Part shown: positions 47,881 through 59,112 of the stretch, piece after piece | Position numbering within the stretch: the stretch's first letter is position 1 | Layout of the letters: each line of letters starts with the position of its first letter | NCBI GenBank assembly: GCA_019385495.1 | Contig: GCA_019385495.1_4102.1 | Origin: a phage | Reading direction: 5' to 3' (one strand) | Length of the DNA: 64,000 nt | Translations under genes and position numbers: made by a program | Notes under the pieces: model-generated | The model's database searches: none | What the model saw: only the letters and a program-made list of their open reading frames with translations | Told to the model about the DNA's origin: nothing

Positions 47881-47910
47881 AAGGACTCTGTAAAAGAGTC
47901 CTTTCTTTTC
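47881..47910 (+). terminator. intrinsic terminator
   Basis: AAGGACTCT-GTAAA-AGAGTCCTT then T-run. Confidence 0.5.
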
Positions 47911-47920
47911 GGAGAATATA

Positions 47921-48397
47921 ATGATACATGAACACAGAGGTAATCTGTTTGAATTGTTCAGTACTGTTACCGATGATCAAAATGCATTACATATTATTGC
48001 TCACGGATGTAATGCTCAAGGTAAGATGGGTTCTGGTTTCGCAAAGGAACTAAGGAATCGCTACCCAATGGCATACGACGATTATAAAGAATATGAAAAG
48101 AAAATGGGTTTTCTAAGAACCGGACAAATTGCATATTCAGCAATTAATGATGATTTGATTGTCGCAAACTGTATCACTCAAAAATGGTACGGAACAGATG
48201 GTGCAAAATACGTAAGTTATGATGCAATCGACGATGTGTTCATACATCTAAATTATTTTTGTAAAGTTGATCGAGATGTTCATGTACACTTTCCGAAAAT
48301 TGGAGCCGATTTGGGCGGTGGTAACTGGAACGTTATCAAAGAAATCATTGATCACCGTCTGGTCAATGCAGAAAAACACTTATATATTCTAAAATAA
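47921..48397 (+). CDS. macro-domain protein (Poa1p-like ADP-ribose phosphate phosphatase family)
   Basis: HGCNAQGKMGSGFA resembles the Poa1p-type macro signature H-x-C-N-x-x-G-x-M-G-x-G-I-A. Confidence 0.55.
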   Translation: MIHEHRGNLFELFSTVTDDQNALHIIAHGCNAQGKMGSGFAKELRNRYPMAYDDYKEYEKKMGFLRTGQIAYSAINDDLIVANCITQKWYGTDGAKYVSYDAIDDVFIHLNYFCKVDRDVHVHFPKIGADLGGGNWNVIKEIIDHRLVNAEKHLYILK

Positions 48398-48407
48398 ACA
48401 AAAGGAC

Positions 48408-48725
48408 TTGACAAAAATGACTATGACCGTTAAACTACTAAACATCAATAACATTGGCCCAGTACTAGCAGTTCTTCAAACCGATTCTGCTGAAGCTGTT
48501 GTAGTTAACTACCCAGCACAACTAGGGACTGACGAAAATGGTGAAATCATTCTTCGTGATTATCTAGAGTTTGTTAGTATGGAGAAAAATGTTATTTTTT
48601 ATAAATCCAACATTATTAGTGTTAGTGATGCAAACCCTGCATTAGTTGATGCTTATGTTGATGCTATTAAAGCAATCGAAAACACTCCAAAAGTTTTCGT
48701 TCCTGAGAATAAAATCATTCTATAA
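48408..48725 (+). CDS. hypothetical protein
   Basis: 105 aa ORF. Confidence 0.5.
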   Translation: MTKMTMTVKLLNINNIGPVLAVLQTDSAEAVVVNYPAQLGTDENGEIILRDYLEFVSMEKNVIFYKSNIISVSDANPALVDAYVDAIKAIENTPKVFVPENKIIL

Positions 48726-48737
48726 TAGAGGTATATA

Positions 48738-49115
48738 ATGGCTGCTAATGACGTTAAAGTAAAAACTATCCAAGCTATCGTAGTACTGAAAGATTCTACA
48801 CCATCCCCTAAAGAATTAGTAATGGCTGGGATGACTATGTTACATCAATACAACCCTGAATCACCTAACTATGTTCAAGAATACGAAGCTAAGAAGTTTA
48901 AAGAACATTGGCAGTCATGGATTAAAGATAATGAAATGGAGCAGGTAGTATATGCTGCTGATGACATTTTCGAACTGGAACAAATTGAATATCTAGCTGG
49001 TCAACAATCAGTGCCATTGAGCATTTTCGGTAATGGTGAAGAAGTTCTGGTATTGGGACCATTCACTGCTGATGATATCATTCACTTACTGAGTAATTGT
49101 AAGAAAATTGAATAA
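48738..49115 (+). CDS. hypothetical protein
   Basis: 125 aa ORF. Confidence 0.5.
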   Translation: MAANDVKVKTIQAIVVLKDSTPSPKELVMAGMTMLHQYNPESPNYVQEYEAKKFKEHWQSWIKDNEMEQVVYAADDIFELEQIEYLAGQQSVPLSIFGNGEEVLVLGPFTADDIIHLLSNCKKIE

Positions 49116-49376
49116 AAATTCAAAACTATCAGGTTACCGTAACAACACGTTGAAGTACAATGATATTAAGTACTGGGTTGATCCTTACTTAAATAAATCA
49201 TTGTTAATGTACAGAGATAAATCACGAGATCTATATGGAATATATGTTACTCAGTTAATATATATAATAGATTCCGAACATTTTACTCCATTGGTATACC
49301 TGTACTGCTTGTATAATTCAAAATAACTATTAGCACCTCTAAATAATGTATATAAACATTAATGAGGTGCTTTTTT

Positions 49377-50168
49377 ATGTCTTACGATTATATGGGTGGA
49401 AACCCTGATGCTCCTAACTTTGACCATCGTGAAAAACTGAAAGATGTTATCACTCAAATGTTGGGTGCTGGGGCCGTTGAGGTAGAAATTACTGATGGTC
49501 AATTAGAAATTGCAATTGATAATGCGGTATCGAATTACAGAGCGTGGAGTTCTGCTTCTAAAGAAGAAGCATTTTTAAATATGAAATTTTATGATTCACA
49601 ATCTGTATATATGCTACCAACTGAAGTTGAAATTGTTAAAAAGATTTATCGTTATGGTAATGGTTACTTAAGTTCTGGTAGTGGGAACTCAGTAGACCCG
49701 TTCTCTCTAGCATTCACCAACACTTACTTATTGACTTCAGCACGAAATGCTGGTGGATATGATCTAACTACATATGATTTTAGTTTTCAGTTCCAAGAAC
49801 TGGTAGGTCGTATGTTTGGTCGTGATATTATATTTCAATTTAACCCAATGACCAAAAAATTAATTATAGATCGTGATATTCGTGGTACTGAAGAAGTACT
49901 ATTACACGTCTATCATAATATTCCTGAACCATTGTTGTTCCAAAGGCAGCAAAGTTATCCTTGGTTGCGTGATTGGGCTTTATCCGAAGCAATGATTATG
50001 TTGGGTCGTAACCGTGCTAAATTTGCATCGCTTCCTGGACCACAGGGAACGTTTTCTATGGATGGTGATACCTTACGCAATGAAGGTTTACAGCTTCAAG
50101 AACAGCTTAAAGAGCGTTTGAAACGTTATCAAGATGGTGCTGAACCACTCGGTATGATTATTGGTTAA
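49377..50168 (+). CDS. hypothetical protein (possibly virion-associated)
   Basis: Start at M6 of ORF 49362; start uncertain, no clear RBS. Confidence 0.45.
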   Translation: MSYDYMGGNPDAPNFDHREKLKDVITQMLGAGAVEVEITDGQLEIAIDNAVSNYRAWSSASKEEAFLNMKFYDSQSVYMLPTEVEIVKKIYRYGNGYLSSGSGNSVDPFSLAFTNTYLLTSARNAGGYDLTTYDFSFQFQELVGRMFGRDIIFQFNPMTKKLIIDRDIRGTEEVLLHVYHNIPEPLLFQRQQSYPWLRDWALSEAMIMLGRNRAKFASLPGPQGTFSMDGDTLRNEGLQLQEQLKERLKRYQDGAEPLGMIIG

Positions 50169-50173
50169 ATTAA

Positions 50174-50200
50174 AAGGACTCCTATATGGAGTCTTTTTTC
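50174..50200 (+). terminator. intrinsic terminator
   Basis: AAGGACTCC-TATAT-GGAGTCTT then T-run. Confidence 0.5.
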
Positions 50201-50244
50201 ATATTATGTGATATAATGATAATATTAATCTAAAGGAACTTGTC

Positions 50245-50514
50245 ATGAATAATAACATAAATGTAACGTATAACAGATATCGTTGTGGTAGACCAACGCT
50301 TGATTATGAATCAACTGAAAAGTACTGGAAATTTATCAAAGATTCAATCATTGATGTTATCGGTAGAGATCGAATAAATGCATGGGCGAGTATATATCGT
50401 GATGATGATGGGGAAACATTTTTTATTACTTATGTTTCTATATATTATGGTAATGAGTCAATTCTTGGATTACTTGAAAGTTTAGTAGGAAAGGATTTAA
50501 TAGAAATTATATAA
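50245..50514 (+). CDS. hypothetical protein
   Basis: 89 aa ORF. Confidence 0.45.
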   Translation: MNNNINVTYNRYRCGRPTLDYESTEKYWKFIKDSIIDVIGRDRINAWASIYRDDDGETFFITYVSIYYGNESILGLLESLVGKDLIEII

Positions 50515-50532
50515 AATACATGGAGTAGTATA

Positions 50533-51159
50533 ATGGGAAGACAAATAATTGCAATTAACGGAACTATTGGAAGTGGTAAAGATACATTTGGTGAATCTTT
50601 TATTAATAATGGTTACACACGAATGTCATTCGCAACCAATCTAAAAGATTCAGTTGCTGCTATCTTTGGATGGGACCGTGAAATGCTTGAGGGGTCAACT
50701 AAGGAAAGTCGTAAGATTCGTGAAGAACCGGATCAGTACTGGTGTGATAAGTTAGGTCGTAATGATGTATCCCCTCGATGGGTATTGCAGAATTATGGTA
50801 CTAATATTTTGCGTAAGTATTTTCATAATGATATTTGGGTATTCAGTTTAGAAAAATCAATGCAAGACATAGATGGAAATATCATCATCACTGATTGCCG
50901 TTTTCCAAATGAATTAAAAATGATTAGATCAAATAATGGGACTATTATTGAAGTTCAACGTGTTCTACCACATTGGTATGGTTTGGCTGCCTCTTATAAT
51001 AAAGGGGATATTAATATTAAACCAGTTGAACTAGAATCAGTGCACGAATCTGAGTGGGCTTGGATTGGAATAAACAACCCTGATATAATTGTACAGAATA
51101 ACAGTACTATTGATGATTTACATAAAAAAGCAATGGACATTATTTATTCTAATACATAA
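50533..51159 (+). CDS. deoxynucleoside monophosphate kinase (T4 gp1-like)
   Basis: P-loop IAINGTIGSGKDT resembles T4 dNMP kinase N-terminus (from memory). Confidence 0.65.
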   Translation: MGRQIIAINGTIGSGKDTFGESFINNGYTRMSFATNLKDSVAAIFGWDREMLEGSTKESRKIREEPDQYWCDKLGRNDVSPRWVLQNYGTNILRKYFHNDIWVFSLEKSMQDIDGNIIITDCRFPNELKMIRSNNGTIIEVQRVLPHWYGLAASYNKGDINIKPVELESVHESEWAWIGINNPDIIVQNNSTIDDLHKKAMDIIYSNT

Positions 51160-51253
51160 ATTATAAACAATAAGGACTGGACAATTAAATCCTTCAATAA
51201 ATAAGACTATACGAATATATTTCGAATAACCAATTATTTTTGGAGGATTTAAT

Positions 51254-53917
51254 ATGGCAGGAGATCTACTCTCACCTGGCGTTTCCATTTCAGTAACTGA
51301 TGAAAGTATGAGTACCGCTGCTGCTCCTGGCACTGTACCACTATTTGTAATCGCTACTGCTGAAGACAAACTTGTCCCAGGAAGCAGTGCAATAGCTGCG
51401 GGAACTACTAAAGCAAACGCTGGAAAACTACAGCTTCTAACATCACAAAAAAGTTCACTTGATACCTATGGTACACCAATTTTTCAAATGAATAACGGTT
51501 CTGTTGTTCAAGGTGATGAACTAAACGAATATGGCCTACATGCAGTATATTCTTATCTAGGCATTACTAACCGTGCATATGTAATTCGTGCTGATATCGA
51601 TCTAGCACAACTAGCACCAAGTGCTGAAGCACCAACTGGCCCAGTATCCAATGGTACTTTGTGGTTTGATACCGCACAATCACAAGTAGAAGCGTATGTA
51701 GCGAAGAAAGATAGTCCAAGCAGTTTTTATGATTGGCAACTTAAGCCAGTAACTATTGTAAGTGCTGAAGAAGTTGAAGATGTAAGTCTAGTAGGTTTAA
51801 ATGTTGATGATTTAGTTCTACGTTACAAACCAAGCAATGGTCAGATGCTAATGTATAAACGTTCTGCTTCTGGGCTAGTGCAAATGGAAACTTACCTATC
51901 ACCAATTAACAAAGTTCCAGTTGGCTCAACTGTAGAAAAAGGTAACATTTGGATTCGTGATGGTTACACCCAAAATGGTTCAAACTATTTTGGTACTCGT
52001 TTTGTTATTAAACGTTATGCATCCCTAACTCAAGTTTGGAATATTGTACCAGCATATACTGGTAATTCATTCCAAGAAATTGAAGCGAAAAGTGGTGTAC
52101 TAAACAATAGTTATATCGCATCTCGTTTTGATGAAGATAGTAAGAGTTTCTCTTTCTATATTCAAAGTGCAAAACTAACAACAATTAGTGCTCCTGCTTT
52201 GCCACTTGGTGAAACTATTATTGAACAAGCAGGTGCTGATAGTTATATGACTTTTGTTTATTTGAATAAATCAGTTAAAGTACTAGCAGTTCCACAAGGC
52301 GGTGTTATTAATACCCAAACTATCATCAATAATCTAAATGCAAATGCTGAAATTATTAACGATGGTTTTAAATTTAAACGTGAAACTAATGGTGGTTTAG
52401 TTGTTTCCAATACAAAAGGTTACAGTTTCAAAATCACACAAAGTGGTGATGATATTTTTGCTGAATCTGAACTACAAAAACTAACAGTAGATAGTAACAA
52501 CTACTCTCTAATTAACGTGAATAACTTCCGTGTTAGTTATTCAGTACCACGTAGTGTAGCAAAAGAAGGAACTCTCTGGTATGATTTCGGGAACTCCGAT
52601 AATTTAACTGTAACTATGTATGTTGCTGATGTTGCTAATGATGAATGGGATCTAGTACAAGAAGAAAACAAATATGTACAAGTTGATGAACCAGCGGCTG
52701 ACCGTTTAATTTGGGTTTGTCCTTTGTCTCAAGGCATTGATGGTTATGATTTCTATCGCAACGTTGATGGTGAATGGGTTAAACTTGACAGTACTGACCA
52801 AAGTACACTAAATGGTATGATTTTCCAAGACTTTAATTTCCCAAGCCAAGTTCCTGCGGCGGCATTGTATCAAAATGGTATGCTTGCAGTTGACCTAGGT
52901 AACACTGAAGGTGTTGTTAAGAAAATGGTTAATGGTCAATGGGAAGTTGTTAGTGGTGTAAGTCTTGATGGTGCTGGCCTATTTGGTCGTGCTGCACAAC
53001 GTCAACTAGTAGTTGAAGCACTAGCTGCTGTTATTATTGGTAATGATGACATTCGTTCTGAATTTATTGATTTTAACCTAATTTGTGTACCTGGTTACGT
53101 TGAAACACTTGATGAATGTGTAACTTTAAACACTGATCGTAAAGAAACTGCATTTATTGTTACTGACGTTCCAGCACGTTTGAATCCAACCGGAAACGGT
53201 AGTGCTGTACAACAATGGGCTACTAATGCTAACAATGCACCAAGTAACGGTTCAGTTGGTCGTACAACTGCTTATGATTATGCTGCTCAGTATATGGGTT
53301 GGTGTCTAAGTACTAACGTTGATGGTGAAGAAGTTGCAGTTCCTGGTAGTACTATTGCAATGCGTACATATGCATATAGTGATAGTGTTAGTTATGTATG
53401 GTATCCACCTGCTGGTACAACTCGTGGTGTTGTAACAAACGCTGCAAGTACTGGTTTTATCAACAGCGAAGGTGAATATCAACCAGTAGTATATAACCAA
53501 GGTCAACGTGACGTTATGTATACTAACAACATTAACCCAATTGCAATGCGTCCTAACCGTGGTTTGCTTGTTTATGGAGATAAAACTCTATCTGCTAATC
53601 AAACTTCTGCACTAAGTCGTGTTAACGTTGCTCGTTTAGTTGTTTATATTCGTCGTCAACTAGAAATTATTTCCGAACCATTCCTATTCCGTTTGAATAC
53701 TCCAAGTACTCGTCAGGAATTTAGTGGTGTAGTTAATAGTTTCTTGGCTGAAATTGTTCAACAACAGGGTCTTTATAACTTCGCAGTAGTTTGTGATGAA
53801 AGTAACAATACCGCAGAGCGTATTGACCGTAATGAACTTTGGATGGATATTGCAATCCAACCAACTAAGAGTATTAACTTCATTTACGTACCAATCCGTA
53901 TAGAAAAAACTCAATAA
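51254..53917 (+). CDS. contractile tail sheath protein (gp18-like)
   Basis: N-terminal LLSPGV; C-terminal VYGDKT...VNVARL...VVCDESNNT...IDRNE...IQP..SINFIY matches T4 gp18 C-terminal domain (from memory). Confidence 0.85.
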   Translation: MAGDLLSPGVSISVTDESMSTAAAPGTVPLFVIATAEDKLVPGSSAIAAGTTKANAGKLQLLTSQKSSLDTYGTPIFQMNNGSVVQGDELNEYGLHAVYSYLGITNRAYVIRADIDLAQLAPSAEAPTGPVSNGTLWFDTAQSQVEAYVAKKDSPSSFYDWQLKPVTIVSAEEVEDVSLVGLNVDDLVLRYKPSNGQMLMYKRSASGLVQMETYLSPINKVPVGSTVEKGNIWIRDGYTQNGSNYFGTRFVIKRYASLTQVWNIVPAYTGNSFQEIEAKSGVLNNSYIASRFDEDSKSFSFYIQSAKLTTISAPALPLGETIIEQAGADSYMTFVYLNKSVKVLAVPQGGVINTQTIINNLNANAEIINDGFKFKRETNGGLVVSNTKGYSFKITQSGDDIFAESELQKLTVDSNNYSLINVNNFRVSYSVPRSVAKEGTLWYDFGNSDNLTVTMYVADVANDEWDLVQEENKYVQVDEPAADRLIWVCPLSQGIDGYDFYRNVDGEWVKLDSTDQSTLNGMIFQDFNFPSQVPAAALYQNGMLAVDLGNTEGVVKKMVNGQWEVVSGVSLDGAGLFGRAAQRQLVVEALAAVIIGNDDIRSEFIDFNLICVPGYVETLDECVTLNTDRKETAFIVTDVPARLNPTGNGSAVQQWATNANNAPSNGSVGRTTAYDYAAQYMGWCLSTNVDGEEVAVPGSTIAMRTYAYSDSVSYVWYPPAGTTRGVVTNAASTGFINSEGEYQPVVYNQGQRDVMYTNNINPIAMRPNRGLLVYGDKTLSANQTSALSRVNVARLVVYIRRQLEIISEPFLFRLNTPSTRQEFSGVVNSFLAEIVQQQGLYNFAVVCDESNNTAERIDRNELWMDIAIQPTKSINFIYVPIRIEKTQ

Positions 53918-53925
53918 AACACTAA

Positions 53926-53950
53926 GGGAACCTTTTGGTTCCCTTTTTTA
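53926..53950 (+). terminator. intrinsic terminator
   Basis: GGGAACC-TTTT-GGTTCCC then six T. Confidence 0.6.
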
Positions 53951-54312
53951 TTGTTTAAAATTAAATACCTTTATATTGATGTTATAAGGGGACATTATGG
54001 ATATGGAAGAAATACTAAAAAGAACAATACAAGATGTCAGTAAAATAGTTTTAACTCAGTTAGAATCAATACACATACTAAATATATTTTTAAAAAATTT
54101 AGAAGATTGTCGGTATAATTGAAAAATACGAAGTATACACAAATGGAAAATGGTCTATATCAGTAAACTATATTGACCACACTAAACGAAAAAGATACTT
54201 ATATTGTGTTAATATTAATTGGTTCCCTGTTGATGACACTTTAGTTAATTAAAAATATACTTCCAGATAGATAAATAATATAAAGATGTCATTCCATAAT
54301 AGGAGAATATAA

Positions 54313-54999
54313 ATGGCTACAATGCTTGATCGATATGGCGTACCGCTCGCTGGCGGTGGTCGTATCTCTATGAAACAACCAAAAGCAAAATACAAATTTC
54401 GTGTTATTTTCTTTGGTTTTGGTACTAATGATGATGGTAATATGATTACACTAGACACCAATACAGTTGGGGCAGTATCTGTATCACATGAAAACGTCAC
54501 TGTTCATAGTTACAACAGTTCTGCACACTACAAAGGGAAATACACTTGGGATACAATTGATGTTGCTTTCCGTGACTCAGTAGGTAATGCTTCTGCTAAA
54601 GCACTATACAACCAAATGCGTAAAGAATTTAACTACTACAGTCAAGAATCTCGCATGACAGATTCACAATTTAAATTTGAAATGTGGATTCAAGAGCTTG
54701 ATGGTTCTAATAGTGAAAATACAACAAACTTGTTTGAAGGAACATTGAGTACTTGGGTATGTCAAGGTTGCTTTATTGAATCCAGCAACTTTGGTGATTG
54801 GGATTATTCCTCAAGTGAAGCACAAGTTATTTCAATGACTGTTCAACCAGATGGTTGTGCTAAATTGGGTCCAAATGGCGAAGCGTTCGGTGATGAAGTT
54901 AGTGGCTTCGGTAATCCATCAACTGCTACCTCTATTTCTGGTGCACAAACTAATATTAGTAGTACTACTCTACCAGATAGTAACTTCTACGAAAATTAA
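54313..54999 (+). CDS. putative tail tube protein (paralogue 1)
   Basis: Directly downstream of sheath; N-terminus YGVPL...QPKAKYKFRVI shared with next gene; position-based call. Confidence 0.45.
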   Translation: MATMLDRYGVPLAGGGRISMKQPKAKYKFRVIFFGFGTNDDGNMITLDTNTVGAVSVSHENVTVHSYNSSAHYKGKYTWDTIDVAFRDSVGNASAKALYNQMRKEFNYYSQESRMTDSQFKFEMWIQELDGSNSENTTNLFEGTLSTWVCQGCFIESSNFGDWDYSSSEAQVISMTVQPDGCAKLGPNGEAFGDEVSGFGNPSTATSISGAQTNISSTTLPDSNFYEN

Positions 55000-55021
55000 T
55001 TTTATTTAAACTTAATATATA

Positions 55022-55050
55022 GCCTCGAATCTATTCGGGGCTTTTTTTAT
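55022..55050 (+). terminator. intrinsic terminator
   Basis: GCCTCGAAT...ATTCGGGGC then seven T. Confidence 0.45.
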
Positions 55051-55093
55051 GCTAAATAAAGTATAATGCCTTATAAAATAAAAAGAGGTTGCT

Positions 55094-55870
55094 ATGGCAA
55101 ATAACATGATTAATAAATATGGCGTTCCTTTACCATCGGGGCGTAATCGTTCAATGCTACAACCGAAAGCAAAATACAAGTTTCGTGTTATTGTGTATAA
55201 TTTCGGTACTGATATAGATGAACGTGATCACATCGCATTAGATGTTGATAAAATAGATAGACCTACTGTAACATTTAGTACTCATAAACTATATCAATTT
55301 ACTACTAATACTTCCTATATAGGTAGTCATGATTGGGAACCAATTACTATATCTATACGTGATTCAGTTGGAAATGCATCAGCAAAAGCATTATCACGCC
55401 AACTACAAAAACAACTTGACTTTCAACGCAGAATAACTTCAAGAAATGACCAAGATTATGGTTCTTATAAATTTGGTTTAGTTATACAGATGTTGAGTGG
55501 TCGTAACTCAGATGATACGCTAGAAAATCTAGGAAGAGATACACTAGTAGATGCTGCAACTGCTGCAACAAATAATGCTGGCTTAGTAAATGCAGTAGAT
55601 CAATTTATTGGTGGTTCTTCTTATAACAGTGCTGGTGTTATGGAATACTTTGTTTTAACCGGATGTGTTATTCAAAACATATCATACGATTCATTAGACT
55701 ATAGTTCAAGTTCTCCAGTTGAAATGGTAGTGACTATCAAACCAGATAATTGTATACAATTTGATAACATTGAAGAAATGTATAGTACCAGAATTAATTC
55801 ACTTTTACCTGAAAATGTCAATCAAGGTTTAGATATCATTGATCGTGTTTTTGGTAGTGTAGGATTTTAA
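55094..55870 (+). CDS. putative tail tube protein (paralogue 2)
   Basis: Paralogue of 54313..54999. Confidence 0.45.
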   Translation: MANNMINKYGVPLPSGRNRSMLQPKAKYKFRVIVYNFGTDIDERDHIALDVDKIDRPTVTFSTHKLYQFTTNTSYIGSHDWEPITISIRDSVGNASAKALSRQLQKQLDFQRRITSRNDQDYGSYKFGLVIQMLSGRNSDDTLENLGRDTLVDAATAATNNAGLVNAVDQFIGGSSYNSAGVMEYFVLTGCVIQNISYDSLDYSSSSPVEMVVTIKPDNCIQFDNIEEMYSTRINSLLPENVNQGLDIIDRVFGSVGF

Positions 55871-55881
55871 GGAGATAATGA

Positions 55882-57989
<2,108 letters not shown>

Positions 57990-58016
57990 CTTAAACGACC
58001 TTATGGAGTTATTAAA

Positions 58017-58553
58017 ATGAATAGATTACAACAAATCCTAACTGAAAAGAAACCAGTTTATGAATACCGAGTTAAGTTTGCAGTTGAACCAACACCTGAG
58101 CAACTTAGTAAAGTAACACAGCGACTAATGGATCGCTATGATGCGTTTGAAATTGGAGCACTAAAGAAAACAATTTTTATGGAAAAACCATTAGATTTCT
58201 ATGAATTAGATTGTGGTGAAATTTGGATGTTTGACTTTAAATGTCATCGTGGCGTTCAATCAAATGTACTAATGTATGAAATTGGCAATTTACTAAGCAT
58301 GACAGAAGCATTGATTCGTGTTCGTAGTAAAGATGAACCTCGTCAAATTGAAATGACTGATTTGGAAGATGATATCGATTTTGATGATGTTGATGAACCA
58401 GTTATTGGCGTGGATTTTGGTAAACCAGAAGACAGTTATGACTTAGCTGGACAACAACGTGCAAACACTGCCGTTGATGATGCAATTGAAGCATCGAAAA
58501 AAGACAATAAATACTCTCAATATATGAGTGCTGGTTTTGGTAAAAAGGATTAA
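58017..58553 (+). CDS. hypothetical protein
   Basis: 178 aa ORF. Confidence 0.5.
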   Translation: MNRLQQILTEKKPVYEYRVKFAVEPTPEQLSKVTQRLMDRYDAFEIGALKKTIFMEKPLDFYELDCGEIWMFDFKCHRGVQSNVLMYEIGNLLSMTEALIRVRSKDEPRQIEMTDLEDDIDFDDVDEPVIGVDFGKPEDSYDLAGQQRANTAVDDAIEASKKDNKYSQYMSAGFGKKD

Positions 58554-58556
58554 CAC

Positions 58557-59099
58557 ATGAGTATACTTAATGAAATGTTAGATTATGAAGACAATGAGTT
58601 AAATGAAGCTCGTCCTTATAGTCGTTCACAAAGTGCAGTTGATAGTGCAAAAGGAAAAGTAAAAGGCTTTTTTGGTAGTGGACAGATTGAACAAGGTGCA
58701 CAAGAAGTTGGTGCTGAAGCCAACCGCTTATGGGCAGAGTTTAAACGTTATGTTGGACGTAAATATGGTAAAGCTCAACCATCAGTACCTTACGCTGATG
58801 TGGCACAGTTTTTTAAAGGTAACAATCTTGATATTAAACATTTAGGGAACAATCCTCGTCGTTCTTTTACACCAAAAGATGTAGGTACTGCTCTATTAAA
58901 TGCTGCTCGTGATATAATGAATGACTACCGTGACCAACAAGGTGGCGAAGAAAGTTCAGAATCACAACCATCACAATCGACCTCAACTGAGCAACCAGCA
59001 CAACAAGAACAACCAAAAGCACAAGGTTCCAGTATCCCTGATGCTCTACAAAAATTAAGTCCAGAGCAACGCGACCAACTGTTACGTATGCTTTCTTAA
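58557..59099 (+). CDS. hypothetical protein
   Basis: 180 aa ORF. Confidence 0.5.
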   Translation: MSILNEMLDYEDNELNEARPYSRSQSAVDSAKGKVKGFFGSGQIEQGAQEVGAEANRLWAEFKRYVGRKYGKAQPSVPYADVAQFFKGNNLDIKHLGNNPRRSFTPKDVGTALLNAARDIMNDYRDQQGGEESSESQPSQSTSTEQPAQQEQPKAQGSSIPDALQKLSPEQRDQLLRMLS

Positions 59100-59112
59100 G
59101 GAGAATCAACAC

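Noticed and set aside
49108-49376. ORF 49108..49326 and the adjacent hairpin as a T4-type late promoter
   Set aside because: The ORF is Tyr/Leu-rich with no RBS, so probably non-coding. The nearby TATAAACA is not an exact TATAAATA, and the hairpin with T-run abuts the next ATG, so no promoter is called.
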